From NCBI GenBank assembly GCA_947627015.1, contig CANQUL010000003.1, forward strand, positions 2,895 through 66,894: a DNA stretch of 64,000 nucleotides, read 5' to 3'. The stretch comes from an uncultured Clostridia bacterium (GTDB lineage Bacteria; Bacillota; Clostridia; Christensenellales; Borkfalkiaceae). The position numbers were made by a program, and so were the translations under genes. Below the pieces are notes generated by a model, which worked only from the letters and a program-made list of their open reading frames with translations, searched no databases and had not been told where the DNA came from. Each line of letters opens with the position of its first letter. The first letter of the stretch is position 1. Positions 42,408-51,800 of the stretch are shown here, piece after piece.

Positions 42408-43418
42408 ATGAAGGAAACCGAATTTCTGACGCGCGCGGTCCCGCCCCTTCTCGGGTGGTTCCGTCTCCATAAGCGCGACCTTCCTTGGCGGAAGGCCCGC
42501 ACGCCCTACACCGTTCTCGTGTCCGAACTCATGCTCCAGCAGACGCGGGCCGAGGCGGTGCGGGATCGTTATGCGCGCTTTTTGGAGCACTTCCCCACGG
42601 CCGAGGCACTCGCCGCGGCGGACGAGGACGAAGTCTTAAAGGAATGGGAGGGGCTCGGATACTATTCCCGTGCGCGCAACCTGTGGCTCGCCGCAAAGGA
42701 GATCGCCGCAAACGGGTTCCCCCGGACATGGGAGGGGGTAAGGAGCCTTCCCGGCGTGGGCGACTACACCGCAGGCGCCGTCTCTTCCATCGCGCTCGGG
42801 CTTCCCTGTCCCGCCGTGGACGGCAACGTCCTGCGCATTCTGACGCGCCTTCTCGCCGATGCCCGCAACGTGGACGACGCCGCATCCAAGCGGTACTTTT
42901 ATGACCTCTTAAAGGAAGTCTACCCGCCCGAAGCGGGCGAATTCACCGAGGCGCTCATGGAGCTCGGCGCCGTCGTCTGCGTGCCGAACGGAGCACCGAT
43001 GTGCGGGGCATGTCCGTGGAACAGCCTTTGCAGAGCGCATCTGATGGCGGCCGAACAGGTCTTTCCCGTGCGCAAGGAAGTCAAGGAACGAAAGGTGGTG
43101 GAGGCCTCCGTCTTCATCGTGGAAGAGCGGGGCCGGTTCGCCGTCGAAAAGCGTCCGCAGGGCGGCCTTCTCGCGGGGATGTACGGCTTCCCCATCCGGG
43201 AAGGAAGTTACGAGGGCCGTGCGGCCGCGCGGATGGAGGCAAAGCACGTCTTCACGCATGTCGAATGGCACATGACGGGCTACCTTCTCGAGGGGATATG
43301 GGAAGAGGCGGAAGCGGAACTTTCGGGCCGCGACGTCGTATGGGCGACGGCCGAGGAACTGAAAACGCGCTACGCCATCCCGTCCGCCTTCAAGGCATTC
43401 TTCCGCTGGATCGTCTGA
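42408..43418 (+). CDS. mutY: A/G-specific adenine DNA glycosylase MutY
   Basis: LPWRK.R.PY.VLVSE.MLQQT, HhH-GPD (LPGVGDYTAGAV), Fe-S cluster CxxxxxxCxxCxxxxxC (CVPNGAPMCGACPWNSLC), NUDIX-like C-terminus. Confidence 0.9.
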   Translation: MKETEFLTRAVPPLLGWFRLHKRDLPWRKARTPYTVLVSELMLQQTRAEAVRDRYARFLEHFPTAEALAAADEDEVLKEWEGLGYYSRARNLWLAAKEIAANGFPRTWEGVRSLPGVGDYTAGAVSSIALGLPCPAVDGNVLRILTRLLADARNVDDAASKRYFYDLLKEVYPPEAGEFTEALMELGAVVCVPNGAPMCGACPWNSLCRAHLMAAEQVFPVRKEVKERKVVEASVFIVEERGRFAVEKRPQGGLLAGMYGFPIREGSYEGRAAARMEAKHVFTHVEWHMTGYLLEGIWEEAEAELSGRDVVWATAEELKTRYAIPSAFKAFFRWIV

Positions 43419-43445
43419 ACGTGAAAGAAAAAACCTTCGCCCGCG

Positions 43446-43474
43446 TTGACAATCGCGCGGGTTTTTGCTATAAT
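43446..43474 (+). promoter_or_regulatory. sigma-A promoter upstream of tmk
   Basis: TTGACA (43446-43451), 17 nt, TATAAT (43469-43474). Confidence 0.55.
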
Positions 43475-43511
43475 GGAGAAAAGAACGGACCGGACGGCAG
43501 GGAGGTGCGGC

Positions 43512-44147
43512 ATGGAACGGGGAAAATTTATCGTATTCGAGGGAACGGACGGCTGCGGAAAGTCCACCCAGATGAAACTTCTGGGCAAGTATCTTTCCGC
43601 AAAGGGCAAGGAGGTCTACCTCACGCACGAGCCCACCGACTCGCCCTTCGGCGCCATTCTCCATGCCTGCATGACGGGACGCATCGAGACGGACGAATAC
43701 ACCATCGCCGCGATGTTTGCGGCCGACCGCCTCGACCATATCCGCAACGGGAAGAACGGCATCCTCAAAAAGCTCGAAGAAGGAGTCACCGTCCTCTCCG
43801 ACCGCTACTGCCTCTCGTCGTTCGCCTACAACGGCGGGCTGGTGCCCCTCGATTGGGTCATCGCACTGAATACCCCCGCAATGGAGGCCTTAAAGCCCGA
43901 CCTCACCGTCTTTCTCGACCTTCCCGCAGAGGCGGGGATGAAGCGCATTTCCCGCCGCGGCGAGACGGAGCGGTACGAGACCCTCGAGCGGCAGAAGGAG
44001 ATCCGCAAGAAGTACTTCGAGCTCTTTGACCGTCTGCCCGACGAAAATCTGCGGATCGTGAAGAGCGAAGAAAACAAGGAACGGACCGAGGCGCACATCC
44101 GCGCCCTCGCAGACGAATTATTCGGGTGGACCCCATGCAAAAACTGA
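43512..44147 (+). CDS. tmk: thymidylate kinase
   Basis: M23 of ORF 43446..44147 after GGAGG. FIVFEGTDGCGKSTQ P-loop and the DRY motif (SDRYCLSS). Confidence 0.9.
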   Translation: MERGKFIVFEGTDGCGKSTQMKLLGKYLSAKGKEVYLTHEPTDSPFGAILHACMTGRIETDEYTIAAMFAADRLDHIRNGKNGILKKLEEGVTVLSDRYCLSSFAYNGGLVPLDWVIALNTPAMEALKPDLTVFLDLPAEAGMKRISRRGETERYETLERQKEIRKKYFELFDRLPDENLRIVKSEENKERTEAHIRALADELFGWTPCKN

Positions 44148-44632
44148 TCACAGGTACCGTTTTGAAGCCGCAGGGCATCCGCGGCGAACTCAAGATAAAG
44201 CCCTTTACCGATTCGGCCGAGGTGTTCCGTTCCTTCCGCCGTGTCTTTCTCGACGGGGAGGAATACAAGGTCCTCGGCGTACGGACGGGGGACGGCTTTG
44301 TCTATCTCTCTCTCCGCGGCGTGCCGGACCGCAATGCCGCGGAACTGCTCCGCGGCAAGGAAGTCTCCATCCCCCGCGACGAGGCGCCCGAACTCCCCGC
44401 GGGCAGCTACTATATCGCCGATCTCCTCGGTTCCGAGCTCGTGACCGAAGAGGGCAAACTCCTCGGCATCCTCACGGACATCACTCCGTCGGGCACCGAC
44501 GTCTATACCATGTCCGCAAACGGGCGTGAAATTCTGTTTCCCGCGGCCGCAGGCGTCGTCTTGCACGTCGACACGGAGGCCAAGCGGATCACGCTGTCCG
44601 AGACCCGTTTCAAGGAAGTTGCCGTCCTCTGA
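44135..44632 (+). CDS. rimM: 16S rRNA processing protein RimM
   Basis: M4 of ORF 44126..44632. G.VLKPQGIRGELKIKPFTD..., PRC-barrel C-terminus (YYIADLLGSELV...G.L.D...SGTDVY). Overlaps the tmk 3' end by 13 nt. Confidence 0.85.
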   Translation: MQKLITGTVLKPQGIRGELKIKPFTDSAEVFRSFRRVFLDGEEYKVLGVRTGDGFVYLSLRGVPDRNAAELLRGKEVSIPRDEAPELPAGSYYIADLLGSELVTEEGKLLGILTDITPSGTDVYTMSANGREILFPAAAGVVLHVDTEAKRITLSETRFKEVAVL

Positions 44633-44669
44633 CGGAACAAAATAAACCCAACAAAAAAGGAGGAACCTC

Positions 44670-45368
44670 ATGGGATCCATTCTCGAATGTATCGGGCTCC
44701 AAAAGAACTACGGCTCCAATCCCGCCCTCGTGGGCGTCGACTTAAAGGTCGAAGAGGGAGGCGTCGTCGGACTTTTAGGCCCCAACGGAAGCGGGAAATC
44801 CACGCTCATCAAGCTCGCGATGGGCATGCTGCAACCCACCCGCGGAAGCATCCTCGTGGACGGAAAACGCCCCTGTCCCGGGACCAAGGCCATCACGGCC
44901 TATCTTCCCGACAAGGACTTTCTGACCGACTGGATGCGCGTCGAAGAGGCCGTCTCGTACAGCGCCGACTTCTTTGCCGATTTCAGCCGCGAAAAGGCAT
45001 ACGTCATGTTCGACTGCCTCGGGATCGGGCTCAAGACCAAGATCAAGACGCTCTCCAAGGGCAACCGTGAAAAGGTGGGGCTCATCCTCACGATGGCGCG
45101 CAACGCGAGGCTGTACATCCTTGACGAGCCCATCGCAGGCGTCGATCCCGCCGCCCGCGACTTCATTCTCGGCACGGTCATGAACAACCGTCCCGAGGGG
45201 TCCACCATTGTGCTTTGCACCCATCTCATTGCGGACGTCGAGCCCATTCTGACGCACGCCGTCTTTCTGAACCGCGGCCGCATCGTTCTCGATGAGGATG
45301 TCGTTCCGCTCCGGGAACGCACGGGGAAGAGCCTCGACGAGCTCTTCCGGGAGGAATTCAAATGGTAA
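44670..45368 (+). CDS. ABC transporter ATP-binding protein
   Basis: Walker A GPNGSGKST, signature-like LSKGNREKV, Walker B LYILDEP, H-loop CTHL. AAGGAGG RBS. Confidence 0.85.
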   Translation: MGSILECIGLQKNYGSNPALVGVDLKVEEGGVVGLLGPNGSGKSTLIKLAMGMLQPTRGSILVDGKRPCPGTKAITAYLPDKDFLTDWMRVEEAVSYSADFFADFSREKAYVMFDCLGIGLKTKIKTLSKGNREKVGLILTMARNARLYILDEPIAGVDPAARDFILGTVMNNRPEGSTIVLCTHLIADVEPILTHAVFLNRGRIVLDEDVVPLRERTGKSLDELFREEFKW

Positions 45369-46180
45369 AACTCTTGAAGCATGAACTCCACGCCATCTTC
45401 CGTACGCTTCTCCTCTTTGCCCTTGCGGCGGTGCTGTTTGCCGTTGCGGCCCGCATCTCCGTCGATGCGGCGCTCCGGACGGACAGCGGAGAACTCGGAT
45501 GGGCCTTTATCATCATGTTCATCCTCTACACGGTCGCCCTTGCAGCGCTCCTTGTCGCGGCATGGGCCATCGGGGTTTCCCGTTTCTACAAGTCCCTCTT
45601 CACGGGAGAAGGGTACATGACGTTCTCGCTCCCCGTCACGTCCATGCAGATCGTCTGGGCCAAACTCCTGTCGTCCATCATCGCCATGTTCTTTGCGGCG
45701 ATCGTCGTCGTGCTCTCGTATCTCATCCTCTTCATGAGTTGGGGCGGGGAATTCGACTACTTCGAATTGGTCGGCAATTACTTCGGAGAGCTCTTCCAAT
45801 ACTTCCGGACGATGGTGACCCAATCGCCTCTGCTCTTTGCGGAGAACATCCTTTATGTGATCTTCTCCCTGCCCATGTCGCTGCTTGTCGTCTATGCCTG
45901 CATCTCGGTGGGGCAGCTCTCGACGTCTCACCGCAAGGGCCTCACCTTCCTCCTCGTCATCGGCGTCTACTTCGGATACAGCATCATCTACAGCCTGTTC
46001 ATCGAGCCCGCCATCGCGAGCATCGCAATGGGCCCCGACCACCTGATAGAGGAGACGGCCTACGAACTGTCCCAACACGTCAAGATCTGGGTCGACATCG
46101 GGATCGCCGTGATCGCCGACGTCGGGAGTTTTTTCATCATCCGCTATATCCTCAAGAACAAGGTCAACCTCGTCGCATGA
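45362..46180 (+). CDS. multi-pass membrane protein, probable permease partner of the preceding ABC ATPase
   Basis: 7-nt overlap with the ATPase gene. About 6 hydrophobic segments. No specific family recognised. Confidence 0.6.
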   Translation: MVKLLKHELHAIFRTLLLFALAAVLFAVAARISVDAALRTDSGELGWAFIIMFILYTVALAALLVAAWAIGVSRFYKSLFTGEGYMTFSLPVTSMQIVWAKLLSSIIAMFFAAIVVVLSYLILFMSWGGEFDYFELVGNYFGELFQYFRTMVTQSPLLFAENILYVIFSLPMSLLVVYACISVGQLSTSHRKGLTFLLVIGVYFGYSIIYSLFIEPAIASIAMGPDHLIEETAYELSQHVKIWVDIGIAVIADVGSFFIIRYILKNKVNLVA

Positions 46181-46208
46181 TGCCGCGGGGGATCGGAGAG
46201 AAACAGAT

Positions 46209-46895
46209 ATGAAGATCACCATTCTCACGCTCTTCCCCGAGATGTTCTCCGCACTCGGTGCGAGCATCCTCGGCCGCGCGAGGAAGGAAAACAAGCTCGA
46301 AGTGGAGATCGCGGACATCCGCGACTACACCGAGGACAAGCACCTCAAATGCGACGACTATCCCTTCGGCGGCGGAGCGGGCATGGTCATGATGGTCCAG
46401 CCCATCGGGAGCGCGATCGAAGCGGTCGATCCCGGACATGGCGCCCGCAGGATTTATCTGTCGCCCAAGGGAAAGACCCTGACGCAGGAGCGCGTCGTCG
46501 CCCTGTCCGGAGAGGAACATCTGGTCCTCTTGTGCGGCCACTACGAGGGCGTGGACCAGCGCGCCATCGACCTCTTTATCGACGAGGAGATCTCCGTGGG
46601 GGACTATGTGCTCACGGGGGGAGAACTCCCCGCGATGGTGCTCACCGACGCCGTTGCGCGCTATGTGGACGGCGTGCTCTCGCCCGGATCGCTCGTCGAC
46701 GAGAGCTTTTCGGACGGGCTGCTCGAGTACCCGCACTACACCCGTCCCGTGGAGTACCGCGGCCTCACCGTGCCCGAAGTGCTCCGCAGCGGCAACCATG
46801 CCGAGATCGACCGCTGGCGCCGCGAAAAGGCCCTCGAGATCACGCAAAGGAACCGGCCCGACCTTCTCAAGGGACCGGACGGGAACAACGTATGA
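46209..46895 (+). CDS. trmD: tRNA (guanine37-N1)-methyltransferase TrmD
   Basis: [13 protein letters not shown]...[13 protein letters not shown]...[10 protein letters not shown]...[19 protein letters not shown]. Confidence 0.95.
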   Translation: MKITILTLFPEMFSALGASILGRARKENKLEVEIADIRDYTEDKHLKCDDYPFGGGAGMVMMVQPIGSAIEAVDPGHGARRIYLSPKGKTLTQERVVALSGEEHLVLLCGHYEGVDQRAIDLFIDEEISVGDYVLTGGELPAMVLTDAVARYVDGVLSPGSLVDESFSDGLLEYPHYTRPVEYRGLTVPEVLRSGNHAEIDRWRREKALEITQRNRPDLLKGPDGNNV

Positions 46896-47755
46896 AGGTC
46901 ATTCAATGGTTTCCGGGGCACATGGCCAAGGCCATGCGCATGATGGAGGAAAATATCGGCCTCAGCGACGCCGTCGTCTTTGTCCTCGACGCGCGTTGCC
47001 CGGCCTCGAGTTTCAATCCGCGCCTTCTTCTCTTCACCAAGGACAGGCCCGTGCTCTACGTCCTCAACAAGAGCGACCTTGCCGACGGACCCGACTTTGC
47101 CGCCCTCCTCGAACAGAGCGGAAGGCCCGCCGTGCGTCTTGCGGCCAATGCGGCCGCCTCGGCACGCCTTCTCCGCGAACGGCTCGAACGCCTTCTCCGC
47201 GAAAAGTCGGACCGTCTCAAAGAGCGGGGCATCGGCCGTCCGCTCCGGGTCATGGTGGCGGGCATTCCCAACACGGGGAAGAGCACGCTCATCAATCTGC
47301 TCGCGGGCGCAAAGCGTGCCGGGACGGGCGACAAGGCGGGGGTGACCCGCGGAAAGCAGTGGGTGCGCTGTGGCGCGTTCGACCTTCTCGATACGCCGGG
47401 GACCATGCCGCCCGCCTGCGAGAATCAGACATACGCCCGCCGTCTCGCCTATGTGGGCAGCCTCAACGACGACATCCTCGAGATGGATGAGATCGCGCTC
47501 GCCCTCCTCGAAGAGTTGCGGATTTCCTACCCCAAGTCGCTGATCGAGCGGTACGGAACGGCCGATGGCACGCCGCTCGAACTGCTCGACGCCGTCGCCA
47601 AAAAGCGCGGATTCGTGCTGCGCGGCGGGGAATATGACTACGAACGTGCCGAACGGGCCGTCATCGACGATCTCCGGAAGGGCCGCCTCGGCCGCGTGCT
47701 GTTCGATTCGGCAGACGATCTGCGTGCCGTGGGCCTGATCGGGCAGAAGGGGTGA
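46892..47755 (+). CDS. rbgA: ribosome biogenesis GTPase A (YlqF/RbgA)
   Basis: M182 of ORF 46349..47755 ([14 protein letters not shown]). Circularly permuted GTPase motifs NKSDL then GIPNTGKST and DTPG. ATGA overlap with trmD. Confidence 0.9.
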   Translation: MKVIQWFPGHMAKAMRMMEENIGLSDAVVFVLDARCPASSFNPRLLLFTKDRPVLYVLNKSDLADGPDFAALLEQSGRPAVRLAANAAASARLLRERLERLLREKSDRLKERGIGRPLRVMVAGIPNTGKSTLINLLAGAKRAGTGDKAGVTRGKQWVRCGAFDLLDTPGTMPPACENQTYARRLAYVGSLNDDILEMDEIALALLEELRISYPKSLIERYGTADGTPLELLDAVAKKRGFVLRGGEYDYERAERAVIDDLRKGRLGRVLFDSADDLRAVGLIGQKG

Positions 47756-48378
47756 TCGTGGACATTCCGACTTATGAACGGGAATACCTCGCGCGGGGAT
47801 ACCGGTCCGTCGCGGGCGTCGACGAAGTGGGGCGCGGACCCTTGGCGGGCCCCGTCGTGTGCGCTGCCGTCATCCTTCCTCTCGACGACGCGCTCCGCAT
47901 CGAGGGCGTGGACGATTCCAAAAAGCTCTCCGCCAAAAAGCGCGAAAGGCTTGCCGAACGCATCCGTGCGGCGGCCGTCTCCTATGCGATCGCCGAGGTG
48001 GACGAGGAGACCATCGACGAGATAAATATCTTGCAGGCGACCCGTCTCGGAATGAAGCGCGCCGTCGAATCGCTCACCCCGCCCGCGGACATGGTACTCA
48101 CAGACGGCGTCATGACGTTGGATATTGCCCAACCGCAGCGGAGCATCGTCAAGGGGGACGCGCTCGTCTATTCCATCGGCGCGGCGAGCATCCTCGCAAA
48201 GGTCTACCGCGACGAGCTCATGCACCGCTATGCGCTCGAATTTCCCGAGTACGGCTTCGGGACCAACGTGGGATACGGCACCGCGGAACACATCGCGGCC
48301 ATCCGGGAGTATGGGATATGCAGAATTCACCGCAAGACCTTCGTAACAAAATTTTGGGACGGAAGGGTGAGGACCTGA
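47752..48378 (+). CDS. rnhB: ribonuclease HII
   Basis: GTG start overlapping the rbgA stop. GVDEVGRGPLAGPVV...DSKKLS...ASILAKV.RD. Confidence 0.9.
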   Translation: MIVDIPTYEREYLARGYRSVAGVDEVGRGPLAGPVVCAAVILPLDDALRIEGVDDSKKLSAKKRERLAERIRAAAVSYAIAEVDEETIDEINILQATRLGMKRAVESLTPPADMVLTDGVMTLDIAQPQRSIVKGDALVYSIGAASILAKVYRDELMHRYALEFPEYGFGTNVGYGTAEHIAAIREYGICRIHRKTFVTKFWDGRVRT

Positions 48379-48680
48379 CCGTCAAATACCTTAAGCGGAA
48401 GGGGTACAAGATCTTAAAGCGCAATTTCAGGACGCAGTTTGGTGAGGCGGACATCGTTGCGTTGAGCCCCGACGGCTACACCTGCTTTGTGGAAGTCAAG
48501 GCCCGCGAGAGCGACGCCTTCGGCATTCCCGCCGAGGCGGTCACGCGCGAAAAGCAGCGCCGCTACCGTCTGATGGCGGGTCTCTGGTGCTCCATGAAGC
48601 GCGAAGAAGTGCCCATCCGCTACGACGTCGCCTCCGTTTGGGAGGGCGAACTCGAATACTTCGAAAACGCGTTCATCTGA
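48318..48680 (+). CDS. yraN: YraN-family (UPF0102) endonuclease-like protein
   Basis: In the frame of ORF 47859..48680. G.KGEDL...YL...GY.IL.RN......GE.DIVA......FVEVK.R pattern. ATG at 48318 overlaps rnhB by 61 nt; a TTG at 48354 is an alternative start. Confidence 0.8.
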   Translation: MQNSPQDLRNKILGRKGEDLTVKYLKRKGYKILKRNFRTQFGEADIVALSPDGYTCFVEVKARESDAFGIPAEAVTREKQRRYRLMAGLWCSMKREEVPIRYDVASVWEGELEYFENAFI

Positions 48681-48687
48681 ACGGTCC

Positions 48688-48719
48688 GACCCGCCGGCTC
48701 TTCCCGGCGGGTCTTTTTT
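48688..48719 (+). terminator. intrinsic terminator after yraN
   Basis: Perfect 10-bp stem GACCCGCCGG / CCGGCGGGTC, 6-nt loop, T6. Confidence 0.7.
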
Positions 48720-48807
48720 GTCCCCCGGGGTCCGGGCGGCCTTCCCCAAGAGGGGAAGGCCCTTTCGGAAACGCAAGAAAAATTTTTCCCAACCTTCGCG
48801 CGGGAGA

Positions 48808-48836
48808 TTGCTTTTCTCGGCGGGAAATGGTATAAT
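48808..48836 (+). promoter_or_regulatory. sigma-A promoter of the giant helicase gene
   Basis: TTGCTT (48808-48813), 17 nt, TGG-TATAAT (48828-48836). Confidence 0.55.
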
Positions 48837-48854
48837 AGAATTTGACACCCCATC

Positions 48855-48868
48855 CGGAAAATTTTCCG
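48855..48868. promoter_or_regulatory. perfect 14-bp palindrome in the helicase 5' leader
   Basis: CGGAAAATTTTCCG lies between the -10 (48831-48836) and the RBS (AAAGGAG, 48869-48875). Confidence 0.3.
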
Positions 48869-48879
48869 AAAGGAGACAT

Positions 48880-51800
48880 ATGGCAGTCCGAAAAAGAAAA
48901 TTGACAACCGAACAGCTGACCCTCACGCTCCGCTTCCCCAAATATGTGGGCTATGCGGACTATTTCCTCGCCACGCCGGCGCGCATCCAGATCAAGAACA
49001 GCTTTGAGGAGGAGATCGCCCTGACCGTCACGGCCGAGTGCGACGAGGGCCTCCTTGTGCCCTACGAACAGAGCGTCTCCGTGCCCTTCGAGAGCTCGGT
49101 GGAGCTCGAGGCGGCGGGCATCTTCTCGCCCCTCTTCCTTGCCGAGGCCAACGAGGTGCGTACGGTCACCGTGCGCGTCACCGCACGGAGCGAGAGCAAG
49201 ATAAAGGCCATGGCGGAGGCCACCGTCACCGTCCTTCCCTTCGACTATTGGGAAGGTCTTTCGGGCAATGCCGAGCGTATCGCAACGTTCGTGCGGCCCC
49301 GTCTCGGCGACGTCTCCTATATCTTACAGGAAGCGGGAAAACGGTTGAGAAAGTGGAAGGCCGACGCCGAATTTTACGGCTATGCGGGCGCCGACAAGAA
49401 CACCGTGCGCCAGATCATCGCCGCCGTCTATGCCTCCGTGCACGCACTCGGCATCTCCCATGAGGACGAGGACGACCTCTACATGCCCGTCCGCGCCGCA
49501 CGGGAGGGTTCCATCGTCAAGGAGAAGAAGGCGACGCCCTTCGAACTCGCCGTCTTTACTTGCGCCTGTCTCGAAGCCGCACATCTCCATCCCCTCCTCG
49601 CAGTGGGCAGGAGCGGCCTTGGCGTGGGCGTCTGGCTGTACGACAGCTGCTTCCTCGACACCGCCTTCGACGACGCCGAGCTTGTCGGAAAATACACGTC
49701 GGAGGGCATCAACAACCTGAGTTTCTTTGACGTGGAGGACCTCTTCGCCGAACACAGCGTCGGCTATACGCCCTCCGAAAACCACTTCCGCCAGAAGCTG
49801 TCCCAAAACTACTTCGAATCCTTTGTGGATATCCGCCGCTGCCGCATGGGGGGCATCATGCCCTGTCCCGCGCGCGGAAAGGGTCTCAAGGGATATGAAC
49901 TCTACCGCGAAGAGGAGATGTCTCCCGAAGAGGCGCCCGCGCCCCTTCCCGTCTTTAAGGAGCTCAAGCTCGACGGCAAGCAGCCCAAGAACAAGCAGTG
50001 GGAGCGCCGTCTGCTCGACCTCACCACCAAGAACACGCTCCTCAACTTCACGGGGAAAAACGCCCTGCACCTCGCCTCGTCCGACTGCGAAACGCTCTAC
50101 AACACCCTCCTCGCACAGGGGAGCATGACGCTCAAGGCCGACGCTGCGGAGGATGCGCCCTTCGGAGCCGACGTCTCCCAGCAGAAGCGGGATCTCCTGC
50201 TTCTCGAGCTGCAAAAGGGCGTCCTGCGCGCACAGGGACGGGCGGCGGACACCCGTGAGGCGGCGGTCAAACTGCTCCGGAAGAACCGCGAAGCGGTGGA
50301 GGAATCGGGCGCCAAGATCCTGTACCTCGCGCTCGGCTTCCTTCGCTATGTGAGCAAGGAGGACGGCACGCCCAAGTATGCGCCCATCGTGCTCGCTCCC
50401 GTGGGCATCGGCCGCGCAAAGGGGAACGAGGACTTCTCGGTGGAGGCCTCCGAAGAGGGGTTCAGCGTCAATGCGACCCTGCTCGAATATCTGAAACAGG
50501 AATTCAACATCGATATCCGCGGCCTCGGCGGCGACGTCTCCGCTCTCCGCATCCCCGAGATCATCGCCATGGTCCGCGCCGAGACGGCCTCCATGAAGGG
50601 GTGGGACGTCGTGATGGACACCTACCTTGCGGCCTTCTCCTTCCAGAGTTTCCTTCTCTGGAACGACGTGCGGACGCAGATCGAGGAATTCAAGAAGAAC
50701 GCGACCGTTTCGGCGCTGCTCACGGGACGGGCCGAGAAGGCGGACTATCCCTCCCCGCACGAGGAGGACACCGCCGATCCCGAGGAAGTCCTTCTGCCTC
50801 TCCCCGCCGATAGCTCGCAGTTTTCCGCAATCTCTCTTTCGGGCACGGGTGCCTCGTTTGTGCTCCACGGCCCGCCCGGAACGGGCAAGAGCCAGACCAT
50901 TACCAACATCATCGCAAACGCCCTCGTGGCAAAAAAACGCGTCCTGTTCGTCGCCGAAAAGAAGGCCGCGCTCGACGTCGTCAAAAAGCGTCTCGACCAG
51001 ATCGGGATCGGGGAATTCTGCCTCGAACTGCACTCGGGAAAGACCGAAAAGGCAGGCGTTCTGCGCCGCATCGAGGAGACGCTCGCCCTTGCGGGAACGG
51101 AGGAAGCGTCGGCGTTCGGCGAACGTTCGCGCGAGCTCGTCGCCCTCCGCGAGGAGCTCAAAGTCCCCATGCAGGCTCTCCACAAAAAGCGCCGTTTGGG
51201 GCTCTCCGTCTATCAGGCCATCCTCGAATACCTCAAAAACAAGAACGCCCCCGACATCCTCGACATCGAGAGCTCCTTCTATGACACGCTGACCGAAAAG
51301 AAGCTGTCCGAATGCAAGGCGATGATCTTGACGGCGGCGTCTGCGGCCAAGGAGTGCGGCGGCGTGTTCAATTCGCCCTTCGAGAACGTCAACCTCGCCG
51401 CCTATTCGCAGGAACTGCGCGACCGCGTGTTCTGTGCCTCGGAGGTCGTCATTGCCGAGATCAAGCATCTGAAATCCTTCCTCGGGCTCTTCCTCGAATT
51501 CTACCGCCAACGCATCTCCACGCTCACCCGCAAAAAGCTCCGCTCCGTCGCGTCCATCGCCGCGGGCCTTGCCGAAGGGAAGTACCGCAAGTATTTTCAG
51601 GGCGTGCGTGAGGAGGAGTTCTACCTCTTCTACAATGCCAACCGCAGGCTGGATTCCTGTCTTGCCTACTACAACAAGCACTTCAAGGCGCTCGTGGACC
51701 TCGACGACTGTGCGGAGATCTCCCGCTATCTCGAGATGGGCGGGGACTGGCGGCTCTTCAAGGCGGCCAAGAACATGGTCAAGCGTCTGTCCCGCGTTGC

